This document shows, in pieces, positions 39,376 to 49,355 of a stretch of DNA of 64,000 bases (the stretch's first letter is position 1; each line of letters opens with the position of its first letter). The position numbers and the translations under genes are program-made. Under the pieces are notes generated by a model. The model searched no databases and was not told the DNA's origin. It saw nothing but the letters and a program-made list of their open reading frames with translations. Source of the stretch: Terriglobia bacterium (GTDB taxonomy: Bacteria; Acidobacteriota; Terriglobia; Acidiferrales; UBA7541). Location: the NCBI GenBank assembly GCA_963695545.1, contig OY968796.1:2080001-2144000 (forward strand), read 5' to 3'.

Positions 39376-41084
39376 GCGATTTTTGCTCGCGGCGCGCTGC
39401 CCTTCGCGTCGGGAAAGCACACGCCCGCCGGGCACTCGCGGCGCGTCAAGTGAACTTCGACTTCTTCGCGGAAATGTTTGAGTACGGATTCAATCGGCGC
39501 GGGCACGATTTGCCCGAGCCCGCAAATTGATGTAAGCCGCATGGCTTCGGAAAGTTGGCGCACGAGTTCGAGATCAGCGGCCCAATCGGTTCGCGCGCCC
39601 TCGGTCCAGCGCGTCAGCAGGTCGGTCATTTTCTGCGAGCCCACGCGGCACGGAACGCATTTCCCGCACGACTCATTGCGGAAAAAACGCACGGAGTTCA
39701 GCGCCATGTCCAGCATGCAGGTGCGATCGTCGCAGACCACGATCGCGCCGGAGCCGAGCATCGAGCCGGCCGCGGCCAAGGATTTGAAATCGAGCGGCAC
39801 ATCGGCCATCGACGCGGGCAAATATCCCGACGACGGCCCCGACGGCGCAAATGCTTTGAGCGGCCGGCCGCCGAGCACGCCGCCGGCGTAACGGAAAATT
39901 AATTCAGAAATCGGCGTGCCCATGGGCACTTCAAAAACGCCGGGCCGTTCGACGCGTCCGCTGACGCCGACGAATTTCAAACCGGCCGCACCATTCGGGC
40001 CGCCCAAGCCGGCCGATTTGTACCAATCGACGCCGCGCGCCAAAATTTGCGGCACGTTGGCGAATGTTTCGACGTTGTTGATCACGGTCGGCTTGTTCCA
40101 GAGGCCCTGGGCCACCGGAAACGGCGGCTTATTGCGCGGCTCGGCGCGCTTGCCTTCGATGGCTTCGAGCAGCGCGCTTTCTTCGCCGCAAATGTATCCG
40201 CCGGGGCTGACGAAAATTTCGAGATCGAAATCGAGATCCGTGCCGAGCACGCCGCGGCCGATAAGTTTCTCGCGGCGGCAGCGCGCGAGTTCCTCTGCGA
40301 GAATGTGCTCTTGCTCGTCGTATTCGTGGCGAATATAGAGGATGCCTTTTCGCGCGCCGGTGATGAGTCCGGCGAGAACCATGCCCTCGATCACGAGGTA
40401 CGGCAGATTGGTGAGCAGAAAGCGATCTTTAATCGTGCCGGGTTCGCTTTCGTCCGCGTTGCACACGACATATTTCTCCGCGCCGACCGCGCGGCGCACG
40501 AGCGACCATTTCATTTCCGTGGGAAAACCCGCGCCGCCCATGCCGCGCAGGTTGCTGGCCTTCAGCGTGGCAAGCGCGCCATCCCAATCGCGCGTGCGCG
40601 CGAGAGTGCGCAGACACGCGTATTTTTCGGCGCCCGGGTAAGGATCGGAGGCGCAATCCGAACGTCGCGCCGCGCGCGGCGTTTCGGGCAGCTCCGCGCC
40701 CGCGAGCGCACAACGCACAAGCGCGTCGGCCTCAGGTTCGGTGACGCCGCTATAAATGCGATCGTTGATCGAAAGGGCGGGCGCGGCGTCACAGCGGCCG
40801 AGGCACGACGCGTCGCGGATGGAGACTTCCCGCGGCGATGCGCCCGCGAACCGCCGCTCGAGCGAAGATTTCAGTTCGCATGCCCCGCGCAAATGGCAGG
40901 ACATATCGCCGCACACTTTCACTTCGGCGCGCGCCGGCGGCGCGAGATGAAAATGGGGATAGAAGCTGGCGACGCCGTGCAGCCGGCTGATGGGAACGTC
41001 GATGCGCGCGGCCAGCGCCGCAAGTTCCTCGGCTGAAATGTAGCCGTGCTCTCGCTCGATCGCCTTCAGCTCTTCAAAGATCAA
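39372..41084 (-). CDS. NuoE-NuoF fusion (NAD(P)H dehydrogenase/diaphorase module)
   Basis: VASFYPHF, CGDMSC..CLGRC (2Fe-2S); LRGMGGAGFP, NADESEPGT, YICGEESAL, ESCGKCVPCR..C (FMN/4Fe-4S); TTG start with GGGAG RBS. Confidence 0.92.
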   Translation of the reverse strand: MIFEELKAIEREHGYISAEELAALAARIDVPISRLHGVASFYPHFHLAPPARAEVKVCGDMSCHLRGACELKSSLERRFAGASPREVSIRDASCLGRCDAAPALSINDRIYSGVTEPEADALVRCALAGAELPETPRAARRSDCASDPYPGAEKYACLRTLARTRDWDGALATLKASNLRGMGGAGFPTEMKWSLVRRAVGAEKYVVCNADESEPGTIKDRFLLTNLPYLVIEGMVLAGLITGARKGILYIRHEYDEQEHILAEELARCRREKLIGRGVLGTDLDFDLEIFVSPGGYICGEESALLEAIEGKRAEPRNKPPFPVAQGLWNKPTVINNVETFANVPQILARGVDWYKSAGLGGPNGAAGLKFVGVSGRVERPGVFEVPMGTPISELIFRYAGGVLGGRPLKAFAPSGPSSGYLPASMADVPLDFKSLAAAGSMLGSGAIVVCDDRTCMLDMALNSVRFFRNESCGKCVPCRVGSQKMTDLLTRWTEGARTDWAADLELVRQLSEAMRLTSICGLGQIVPAPIESVLKHFREEVEVHLTRRECPAGVCFPDAKGSAPRAKIA

Positions 41085-41352
41085 AGCCGCGCTCCCGGCG
41101 CTCCGAAAACTGTCGGGGCTGCCGTACCGCGCCGACGAGGACCAGAGCAAAACGGTATAACAAACCGCGGGCCGCGGGTCTACGGGCGTCGCCGGTATTT
41201 GTTGCGAGGCCGCGAAAGAGGTAACCGCCCCGTTGATCTCCGCGAAGGCCGCGTTGACTTCGCGCGGCACGCAAAGTATAAGCAAACGACAACGCGTCGT
41301 GCAGTCCGCGGAAATTTTCGGCCGCGCGCGCCGCATTCTGGCTGAGAATTGA

Positions 41353-42771
41353 ATGAAAACACGTCCCGACGGCAAGCGCCCGCTCAATTTTCATTCGACC
41401 TTGCTCGCCGCCGCGGTTTCCGTCTTCTCCGTCGCGGCCCCGCTGCTTCTAAGCACCGTGCTCTGCGCCGACGGTTCAAGCAACGCGCCGCGTCCTGCAG
41501 GCGCCACAGTTGAGCCCTCGAAATATGTCGGGCCCGGCGGCTGCGCCGCGACGAGTTGTCACGGCAGCGTGAAACCGCGCGCCGACACTCGAATTTTCCA
41601 GAACGAATACAGCATCTGGGTCGTGCAGGACAAGCATTCGCGCGCCTACACGGCACTGACCTCGCCCATCGGCGAGCGCATCGGGCGAATTCTTGGCATC
41701 GGCAAATCCGAAGAAGCGCCGAAATGTCTCGCGTGCCACGCGCTCGACGTTGCGCCCGAAGCGCGCGCCAAAACTTTCGATTTGAGCGATGGCGTGAGCT
41801 GCGAGAGTTGCCACGGGCCCGCTTCGGCGTGGCTCGGTCCGCACACCACGCGCGGCTGGACGCACGCGCAATCGGTGGCCGCGGGAATGTACGACACGCG
41901 CGATCTGGTGCTGCGCACCGAGAAATGTTTGACGTGTCATCTGGGGACGCAGGAAAAATTCGTGGATCACGAAATGCTCGCCGCCGGCCATCCCGATCTT
42001 TATTTCGAGCTCGATTCGTTTTCCGCCGTGATGCCGCGCCACTGGAAGACGCCGCGCGAATCCGCGCCGGGCGTGCCCGAAACCGGAGCGGACGATCCGT
42101 GGTTCGGCGTGCGCGATTGGGCTACGGGGCAAGCCGTGCAGTTGCGCGCGGCGCTCGATCGCGTGGCCTGGCGCGCGCACGGACCGAACTGGCCGGAATT
42201 TTCGGAGCTGCAATGTTTCTCATGCCACCACGATTTAACGCCGCCGGAACAGAGCTGGCGCCAGGAGCGCGGCTATCCCGGCCGCCGCCCCGGTGATCCG
42301 CCGTGGAACGCGTCGCGCTACGCGGTGTTCGGCATTCTGGCGCACGAAGTCGATGGGCCAACCGCTACGGAGCTCGACGCGCACATGACGGAACTCGCGA
42401 AGCTCATGAGCGCGCTCAATCCGGACCGTGACGCCGTGGCGTCCGCTGCCGCAAGCGCGCGCGTGCTGGCTGATCGCCTCGTCGCGCGCATCCAGGCGCA
42501 GCCCTACGATCAGGCGAGGACCGCGCGCCTGCTGCTCGAAATATCCGGCCACGCCGAGGAAATTTCAGCGCAGGGCGAGCGCGCCGCCGAACAAGCGGCT
42601 ATGGCGCTCGATTCGCTTTTCATCGCATCGAGCCGAAACGCCGCACCGGCCAACGCCGCGGAAATCCGCGCCGCGATCAACGGCCTGTTTCAATTGCTCG
42701 AGAATCCCTCCGCATACGATCCAAACACCTTCGCCGCGCAAATGACGAAAGTGAACGCACTGCTGCGCTGA
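41353..42771 (+). CDS. Secreted multiheme cytochrome, c554/c552-like (4 CxxCH + 1 CX4CH)
   Basis: Signal peptide; YVGPGGCAATSCH, KHSRAY, CLACH, GVSCESCHGP, CLTCH, CFSCH; helical C-terminal domain. Confidence 0.9.
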   Translation: MKTRPDGKRPLNFHSTLLAAAVSVFSVAAPLLLSTVLCADGSSNAPRPAGATVEPSKYVGPGGCAATSCHGSVKPRADTRIFQNEYSIWVVQDKHSRAYTALTSPIGERIGRILGIGKSEEAPKCLACHALDVAPEARAKTFDLSDGVSCESCHGPASAWLGPHTTRGWTHAQSVAAGMYDTRDLVLRTEKCLTCHLGTQEKFVDHEMLAAGHPDLYFELDSFSAVMPRHWKTPRESAPGVPETGADDPWFGVRDWATGQAVQLRAALDRVAWRAHGPNWPEFSELQCFSCHHDLTPPEQSWRQERGYPGRRPGDPPWNASRYAVFGILAHEVDGPTATELDAHMTELAKLMSALNPDRDAVASAAASARVLADRLVARIQAQPYDQARTARLLLEISGHAEEISAQGERAAEQAAMALDSLFIASSRNAAPANAAEIRAAINGLFQLLENPSAYDPNTFAAQMTKVNALLR

Positions 42772-42827
42772 CCGGTCGTTTTACTCTTGCAGGATTTTTT
42801 CACGACGCCGTGCGGCGACGCGCGCCG

Positions 42828-43973
42828 CTACGCGCCGGTGGGATGGGCCATCTGGTTGTGGTGTTCGAGCGCATGCACGATCGATTCGCGCGTGACCATG
42901 CCGACGACGCTGCCGTCTGCAATCACGGGCATTTGCTGCACCCCCACGCTGCGCATGCGGTCAAGCAGCTTGAGCGCTGATTCCGAGGGTTCGGCCCACA
43001 AAAGTTTGTCGCGCGGCGTCATCACCGCCTGCACCGACGTCACGCCCCAATCCTCCTGCGGCACGCGGGCCAGCGCGTCGCTGGAAATCATGCCGACCAA
43101 TTGCCCATGCGCCACCACCAGATGCGAAGTGCGCTTGCTGCGGTTCACTTCCCGCGCGTAGTCTTCAAGTGAAATTTCCCGGCCGACGATCGGCGGCTCG
43201 GCCGTCATGATGTCGGACACCAGCAGGCCTTCGAGCGCCGTGCGCGTTTCCGCCTGCGCGTAGCTTTGCTTTGCCGCCGACAGCAGGAACCAGCCGATTG
43301 CCGCCAGCCAAATGCCGTTCACGATATCGCCGCCCGGCGTTTGATACGCGCGCACCGCTTCCCACGCGCCGACGCCCATCATGCCGTAGGCAATCACTTG
43401 GCCGGTACGCGCGGCCAGGCGCGACGCCTTCGAGTAGCTTTTCGTCACGCCCCACACGATGGAACGCAGGATGCGCCCTCCGTCCATCGGAAAACCGGGC
43501 AGCAAGTTGAACGTAGCCAGCCAGAAATTGATGTACGAGAGCCATTGCGTGAGCGCGCCCGCCATCGAGTCTTGTGGCGTGCGCAGCGACACCAGATAGA
43601 AGATGCCCGCCAGCAGGTAGCTCGACGCCGGGCCAGCCGAGGCGATGTTGAATTCCTGCAAGGCGCTTTCGGGGTCGCGGTTGAGCATCGCCACGCCGCC
43701 GAAGAAAAACAGCGTGATGGATACCACGGGGATGCGGTAGTGCCGCGCCACCATGCTGTGCGACATCTCGTGGAACAGCACGGAGCCGAAAAACAGCAGG
43801 CTCGTTACCAGGGCCAGGCCCCAATGCTGCTGCTGCGTCCACTGGGGATGTGCCAGGGCGTATTCGCCCTCGAGCGAAAACGTGATCAGTGCAAAAATCA
43901 CGAACCAGCTGGTATGCAGGAAAATGGGAATCCCGAAGAGCTTTCCGATGCGGACTCCGCGGCTGCGTAACAC
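42828..43973 (-). CDS. Site-2 protease (M50) with CBS pair
   Basis: HEMSH, AGP, FNLLPGFPMDGG, two CBS repeats; GTG start with AAGGAG RBS. Confidence 0.93.
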   Translation of the reverse strand: MLRSRGVRIGKLFGIPIFLHTSWFVIFALITFSLEGEYALAHPQWTQQQHWGLALVTSLLFFGSVLFHEMSHSMVARHYRIPVVSITLFFFGGVAMLNRDPESALQEFNIASAGPASSYLLAGIFYLVSLRTPQDSMAGALTQWLSYINFWLATFNLLPGFPMDGGRILRSIVWGVTKSYSKASRLAARTGQVIAYGMMGVGAWEAVRAYQTPGGDIVNGIWLAAIGWFLLSAAKQSYAQAETRTALEGLLVSDIMTAEPPIVGREISLEDYAREVNRSKRTSHLVVAHGQLVGMISSDALARVPQEDWGVTSVQAVMTPRDKLLWAEPSESALKLLDRMRSVGVQQMPVIADGSVVGMVTRESIVHALEHHNQMAHPTGA

Positions 43974-44173
43974 CTTCGCTCCTTCAGGAAAACAAATTGA
44001 GGCGATCCAGTATAACCGAACCTGCCGCCCGTTGAGTTTGATGAGGTTGGCGAGACCGCCGGGACCCGGAACACCCGCGCGAACGCGGCACTTCGGCCAC
44101 AACGTGTCCCGGGCCACACGCAACGCCGACGACGCGAAACGCGCAAAACATTGGCAAAACGGCGATTTTCCGC

Positions 44174-44190
44174 TTGGCGCGCGGCGTGCT
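44174..44190 (+). promoter_or_regulatory. Putative sigma54 -24/-12 promoter
   Basis: TTGGCGCG-CGGCG-TGCT: GG-N10-GC spacing, upstream of two small ORFs. Confidence 0.5.
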
Positions 44191-44247
44191 CCCTGTGCTG
44201 GCGTTGCGCCACAGCGCAGCGGGATCGCAAGGCGGAGGCAAACGGCC

Positions 44248-44424
44248 ATGGAAGCCTGGATGGGTTGGGCGATGATCGTCGAAGGTTTGCTTCTTTCGCT
44301 GGTGCTCGCGCTAACGCTCACGTGGTCGGCGCTGCGCGCCGTGTTCCGCTTGATGCCCGCGACGCCGGCCCCGCGTTTGGCTCCAGCCCTGTCGGCGCGC
44401 CGCTCACCCGCCCGCGCGGCGTGA
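44248..44424 (+). CDS. Small single-TM protein (58 aa)
   Basis: GGAGG RBS; MEAWMGWAMIVEGLLLSLVLALTLTWSALRAVFRLMP. Confidence 0.6.
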   Translation: MEAWMGWAMIVEGLLLSLVLALTLTWSALRAVFRLMPATPAPRLAPALSARRSPARAA

Positions 44425-44454
44425 ACGATGTGCGCAACGAGAAGGAGGCCGCAC

Positions 44455-44616
44455 ATGCACGCGCTGAGAAATGTCGCACTGATTTTTGCGAGCCTGATGC
44501 TCACGGGCACGACGGCGCTGGTTGCTTACGATGTTTACGTAGCCAACCAGTATCACCGGTTGGTCGCCGAGAGGACGCGTCTGTTGCGCGTAGTCGAGCG
44601 CCGCGTCAGTCGCTGA
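44455..44616 (+). CDS. Small single-TM protein (53 aa)
   Basis: AAGGAGG RBS; MHALRNVALIFASLMLTGTTALVAYDVY. Confidence 0.6.
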   Translation: MHALRNVALIFASLMLTGTTALVAYDVYVANQYHRLVAERTRLLRVVERRVSR

Positions 44617-44894
44617 CGCGGGCGCTGACGTGCGCTTCGCTCAGGCACAAGTTTGCCGCTAGCCACAAACCCCTGCGGGCAGCTCCCGCGGCCGGGGACA
44701 GGGACCGCCGCCCCTGCGAACGGCCGAAAGAGCTGCCCGGCTGGCGGTCTCGCACGGTTGCAAGTGCGTTCATCACGTGGCACGCGCGGTCGAGGAGTAG
44801 CTCAAGCGATATGCTATGATGCGCCAACGGAATCTTCGGCCGGGTGTTTGGTTTTGCCGCCTATCGCGCCGGGGACTGCCGCTCCTGAATCTGG

Positions 44895-46052
44895 ATGCCG
44901 CGCACCGATCGAACCGATCTCGGGCGAACCGCTCTCCTGCTGTTGCCACTGTCAATTTTTCTATTTTGTTTTTTCTCGATTGGCGCGCGGGCCGTTGCGC
45001 CGGCGGGTGCTCAGGTAAATCCGTATGATGCGCCCGCCCGCGATTTCGCGCGTCGAATTGCCGACGGTTTTCCGGCCGGGACGCGCGTAGGAGTCGACGT
45101 GCGCAATCGCTCGACGCTCGCGGCCACCGACGCCGACGCCGTGCGTGCGGCGCTTCTGGGCGAATTCGGCGCGCGCGGCCTGCGCGTGGGTTCGTTTGAA
45201 GCAGATGCCGCCGATGCCGCGGCCAGCGCCACGATCACGCTCTCCGAAAATGCGCAAGGATTTCTGTGGGTTGCCGAAATCCGCCAAGGCGACCGCAGTT
45301 CCGTCATGCTGATGGCTGTGCCGCGCGCTGCCGCTTCGCCCGCGGCAGCTTCGGGAATCACGCTGCGTAGCGCGCTCCTGTGGTCCGGGCCGGAGCGCCT
45401 GCTGGCGGCCGCGCCCCTTCCCGCCGCGCTGCCTTCAACCACGCCGGCAGCCCCGCCTCCCGCGATATCCCCTTCAACTACGGCCACCGCGTCGGGCGTC
45501 GAGTCATCATCGGTAGCCGTCGGCGCGCCGGATCTGCTGCTGCTCGATACCGATGGCGTCACGGCGATCCTCACCGATTCACAGCGCACGTTTATGATTG
45601 CCTTGCCGCCGCCGGCCAACATTGATCGCGATCCGCGCGGATCGCTCGCATGGAACGCGAATACCCTTACGGTTACCGTGAGCGACGAAACGTGCACCGT
45701 TTCCGCGCCGCTTGCAACGGCCCAACCGCAGTGCCACGCGGACGACAAGCCCACGCCGGCGCCGGCGCCCGTAGCGCAACTCGGTTCGCAGCGCGTGGAT
45801 CTTCCTCCCGCCTGCGGAGAAGCGAGCGGCGAAATTCTCGCTGCCGGCACCGGCGATTACACACAACCGGATTCTGTTCGCGCCTATGAAATGCGAGATG
45901 GCGCGGCCGCGCCGATCAGTCCCGCGGTCGAATTTCCCGGCCCGGTGATGGTCTTGGAAGCGGAGTCTAGTCCAGCCGCGCTTGCTGTCGTTCGCAATCT
46001 TGCGACCGGCGACGATGAGGTTTATGAGATTTCGCTCGTCTGCGGGCGTTAG
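44895..46052 (+). CDS. Exported hypothetical protein
   Basis: N-terminal hydrophobic signal, four Cys in the C-terminal half, first gene of an overlapping four-gene operon. Confidence 0.75.
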   Translation: MPRTDRTDLGRTALLLLPLSIFLFCFFSIGARAVAPAGAQVNPYDAPARDFARRIADGFPAGTRVGVDVRNRSTLAATDADAVRAALLGEFGARGLRVGSFEADAADAAASATITLSENAQGFLWVAEIRQGDRSSVMLMAVPRAAASPAAASGITLRSALLWSGPERLLAAAPLPAALPSTTPAAPPPAISPSTTATASGVESSSVAVGAPDLLLLDTDGVTAILTDSQRTFMIALPPPANIDRDPRGSLAWNANTLTVTVSDETCTVSAPLATAQPQCHADDKPTPAPAPVAQLGSQRVDLPPACGEASGEILAAGTGDYTQPDSVRAYEMRDGAAAPISPAVEFPGPVMVLEAESSPAALAVVRNLATGDDEVYEISLVCGR

Positions 46053-47526
46053 CGGAGGTTTGTTTGCCGGCATCGCGCTTGCAGTTGTCGGAGCACTTGC
46101 CGTTGGCGCCGCCGCTTCTACGCGCCCGCGTTTCGGCGGCACGCTGCGCATCGAATTCCGCGAACGAGTGAGCACGCTCGATCCGCGCGTGCTCCCAGCC
46201 GAAGCTGAGGTCGCCCGCGCGCAGGAGATGCTCGATGCGCTCGTATTCGATCGGTTTTTGCGGCTTGACGATCACGGCCGGCCCGCGTCGGCGCTCGCAT
46301 CGGCCTGGCAGTCCGAGGATGGCGAGAAACGCTGGCGGTTCCACTTGCGTCCCGGCGTGCAATTCAGCGATGGAACGCCGCTCACGGCCGAAATTGCGGC
46401 GGCCGCGCTCGCGCCCGAATTCGCATCCGTTCCGACAAAAATGAATGGCATCAGCGCGCGCGTCTCCGGCGAAGGCCAGACGCTCACAATCGAGTCCGAT
46501 GAAGCCATGCCTGATTTGCCGCAACAATTGGCCACTGGTCGAAATTTTATTTTTCGCGTCGCGAGCGACGGCACGCTTGTCGGCACAGGGCCGTTTGTGC
46601 TCGAGCACTGGGATCCCACCGCGTCGCCGGCGCAAGCCGTCTTCGCTGCAAACGCGCACTGCTGGGCCGGTCGGCCGTTCGTCGATCGTGTGGCTATTTC
46701 GCTTGGCGTGGAAGCGCAACGCATCGAAGCCGATCTAGAGTTCGGCTTGACCGACGCCGGCGAAATGGCTCCGGCCGAAATGCGCCGTGCCGCCGAACGA
46801 GGCGTGCGCGTCTGGTCGTCGGAGCCGATGGATTTGTTCGTCCTGGCGTTCGATCCGTTGCGCCCCGCCGTGCAGGACGCGCGCCTGCGCGAAGCCGTGG
46901 CCGCGGCGATTGACCGCGACGCGATCGCGAGCGTCGTCCTTCAGCGCCAGGCCGTGCCCGCCGGCGCGTTGCTCCCCGAGTGGATCTCGGGATATGCGTT
47001 TTTGTTTCCGGCAGGTCCGCAGGCGCCCGAAAAATCTTCCGACGTTGCGGTTAAGCCACCCGCGCCGCTCGTCCTGGTCTATGATTCCCAAGATGCGGAC
47101 GCGCGCGCCGTGGCGGAACGTGTGATCGTGGATTTGCGAGCTTCAGGAATTGCAGCCGACGCCGTTGCGGCAGGCGCGTCCGCTTCCGGTGGCGCGACGT
47201 CGGCGGACGTGCGTCTTGAGCGCATCGCGATTGCGCAGCCCGATGCGCAAGCGGCGCTAACGCTCGTGCTCGGCGCGCTATCCGCGCCGACATCGCCTTC
47301 AGCGGCCGCGCCCACAGCCACACTCAACTCCGAGTCCGACGATCCCGAATCGCTCTACGCCGCAGAGCGCGGCGCGCTCGAAGATTTCCGCATCGTGCCT
47401 CTCGCGCATGCGTCCGAAAATTGGGGTTTGGGCGCAACGGTTCGCGATTGGATGGCGTCGCGCTGGGGCGATATGCATGTCGAAGACGTGTGGCTCGATC
47501 TCCCGCCGGCGGCGAATCCACAATGA
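46015..47526 (+). CDS. ABC-type substrate-binding protein family 5
   Basis: RPRFGGTLR, LDP, WRFHLRPGVQFSDG.PLTA, GTGPF, LREAVAAAIDR. Confidence 0.85.
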   Translation: MRFMRFRSSAGVSGGLFAGIALAVVGALAVGAAASTRPRFGGTLRIEFRERVSTLDPRVLPAEAEVARAQEMLDALVFDRFLRLDDHGRPASALASAWQSEDGEKRWRFHLRPGVQFSDGTPLTAEIAAAALAPEFASVPTKMNGISARVSGEGQTLTIESDEAMPDLPQQLATGRNFIFRVASDGTLVGTGPFVLEHWDPTASPAQAVFAANAHCWAGRPFVDRVAISLGVEAQRIEADLEFGLTDAGEMAPAEMRRAAERGVRVWSSEPMDLFVLAFDPLRPAVQDARLREAVAAAIDRDAIASVVLQRQAVPAGALLPEWISGYAFLFPAGPQAPEKSSDVAVKPPAPLVLVYDSQDADARAVAERVIVDLRASGIAADAVAAGASASGGATSADVRLERIAIAQPDAQAALTLVLGALSAPTSPSAAAPTATLNSESDDPESLYAAERGALEDFRIVPLAHASENWGLGATVRDWMASRWGDMHVEDVWLDLPPAANPQ

Positions 47527-49355
47527 GCTTCCGAATAAAACTTCTACTCGCGTTCACGCTGACCGTCGGCGTGGCGGTTGCTCTGGTGGCGTGGGGCGTT
47601 TCAGTTTCCACGCGCCACGCCTTCGAGCAGTTTGAAGCGCAACGTTCGCAGGCGCTGCTTGCGCAGTTCCAGAGCGAATTTGCGCAACGCGGGGACGTCG
47701 TGGCCCATCGCATCTCGGCCATTGCGGATAGCGAAGCCACCGTGCGCATGGCGCTCGATTTGAGCCGCCCCGGCGCCGATTCCTCGATCTATGTGAACGA
47801 CGCCCAGAGCCTCGCGAAATCATTCGATCTCGATTTTCTCGATTTCGCCACCGACGACGGCATGATCGTCTCGTCCGCCGAATGGCCCGCGCACTTCGGT
47901 TACAAAAGCGATTGGATCATGTCCGAATCCGATTGGAATCAGCAGGGCGCTTTTCTCGCGCGCGTCGAAACCGCGGATAATGTCCAGCTTGGCATGCTCG
48001 CCGTGCGCGTGGTGCCCGTGGAAGGGAAGAATCTTTACGTCTTTGGAGGCGAGCGCCTCGATAAAATTTTTCTGGCCACGCTGGTTTTGCCAGCGGGCAT
48101 GCGCGCGCTGCTTTACAGCAATCTCGAGTCGTCCTTCGACGCGTCCGCGGTCAACGACGCTTCCGGCCCCGTCCCGGGCGCCGATCGGCTGGGAACTCTC
48201 GTCGGCACCGTGCAGCAGCAGAACGCGCCCGCCGAAGAAACCATCGCATGGTCGGCCGATCCCGCCGACCGTGAGACGTTCTCGGCCATTCCTCTGCATG
48301 GCCGGAATGGCGATCTGCTGGGAATTTTCCTGGTCGGTTCGTCGCAGCGCGACCTGGTCAAGGAGCTCACCTTCATTCGCTCGCTCGCCATTTTGGTTGG
48401 CGGCGCGGGAATTCTCCTCGGCATCGTCGTCAGTTGGTGGATCGCCGCGCGGGTGTCGCGTCCACTCGCGGAGCTCTCGCGCACTGTCGATCAGGTTGCC
48501 GCAGGCAATTGGTCCGCGCGCGTTGACGTGCGCTCGCACGACGAAATCGGCCGCCTCGGCGCGGCTTTCAACGATATGACGCGCCAGCTCACCGAGCAGC
48601 GCGATCGCCTGATCCAAGCCGAGCGCGTGGCGGCCTGGCGCGAAGTGGCGCGGCGTCTCGCGCACGAGCTTAAGAATCCGCTCTTCCCGCTGCAAATCAC
48701 GGTCGAGAATCTGCAACGCTCGCGCGAACTTGACGCGGCGCAGTTCGACGAAATTTTCTTGGAATCCACCGGCACGTTGCGCGCCGAACTGGAAAGCCTG
48801 AAAGCCATCGTCGCGCGCTTCGCCGACTTCGCCAAGATGCCGCAGCCCGAATTTGAATCCGTCGATCTGAACGAAGCCGCGCGCGCCGCGGTGCGTTTGT
48901 TCGAGCCGCAATTTTCCACCGTCGGCCGGCCGCAGATCGCGACGGAATTCGCGCTCGACGAGCGCCTTCCGCGCGTCGAGGCCGATCCGCTGCTGCTGCA
49001 CAAGGCACTCGAGAATCTCGTTTTGAACGCGCTGGACGCGATGCCCTCGGGCGGCACGCTCTCTGTGCGCACGCGGCGTAAAAACGATTCGGCCGAGCTG
49101 GAGATTTCCGACACCGGCGCGGGCCTCACGCCCGAAGAGCGCGCGCGTTTGTTCACGCCCTACTCGACGACCAAGCAGCACGGCACGGGGCTCGGCCTGG
49201 CCATCGTTCAATCCGTGGTCACCGATCACGGCGGCACGGTCGAAGTGGAATCCGCGTCCGGCAAAGGAACCACGTTCCGCATCGTGTTGCCGCTTGTGCA
49301 TCGTGCGTCGCAAGCTGAGACCGAGCCGCTTGAAGACGCGCAGAGTGACGCGTGA
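47523..49355 (+). CDS. HAMP sensor histidine kinase, NtrY-like
   Basis: Two TM helices, DEIGRLG.AFN.M, AWREVARRLAHELKNPL, NALDAM, DTGAG, GTGLGL. Confidence 0.93.
   Translation: MSFRIKLLLAFTLTVGVAVALVAWGVSVSTRHAFEQFEAQRSQALLAQFQSEFAQRGDVVAHRISAIADSEATVRMALDLSRPGADSSIYVNDAQSLAKSFDLDFLDFATDDGMIVSSAEWPAHFGYKSDWIMSESDWNQQGAFLARVETADNVQLGMLAVRVVPVEGKNLYVFGGERLDKIFLATLVLPAGMRALLYSNLESSFDASAVNDASGPVPGADRLGTLVGTVQQQNAPAEETIAWSADPADRETFSAIPLHGRNGDLLGIFLVGSSQRDLVKELTFIRSLAILVGGAGILLGIVVSWWIAARVSRPLAELSRTVDQVAAGNWSARVDVRSHDEIGRLGAAFNDMTRQLTEQRDRLIQAERVAAWREVARRLAHELKNPLFPLQITVENLQRSRELDAAQFDEIFLESTGTLRAELESLKAIVARFADFAKMPQPEFESVDLNEAARAAVRLFEPQFSTVGRPQIATEFALDERLPRVEADPLLLHKALENLVLNALDAMPSGGTLSVRTRRKNDSAELEISDTGAGLTPEERARLFTPYSTTKQHGTGLGLAIVQSVVTDHGGTVEVESASGKGTTFRIVLPLVHRASQAETEPLEDAQSDA

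Noticed and set aside
37201..41084. Formate dehydrogenase, hydrogenase or complex I operon
   Set aside because: No molybdopterin, NiFe or H-cluster catalytic domain and no Nuo membrane subunits. The moaA ~15 kb away has no visible link.
41085..41387. N-terminal extension of NuoE-F
   Set aside because: No NuoE similarity before TTG 41084, which has an RBS; the region is the divergent intergenic space.
43974..44510. 560-aa version of the M50 protease
   Set aside because: The extension overlaps two plus-strand small ORFs; GTG 43973 has a good RBS.
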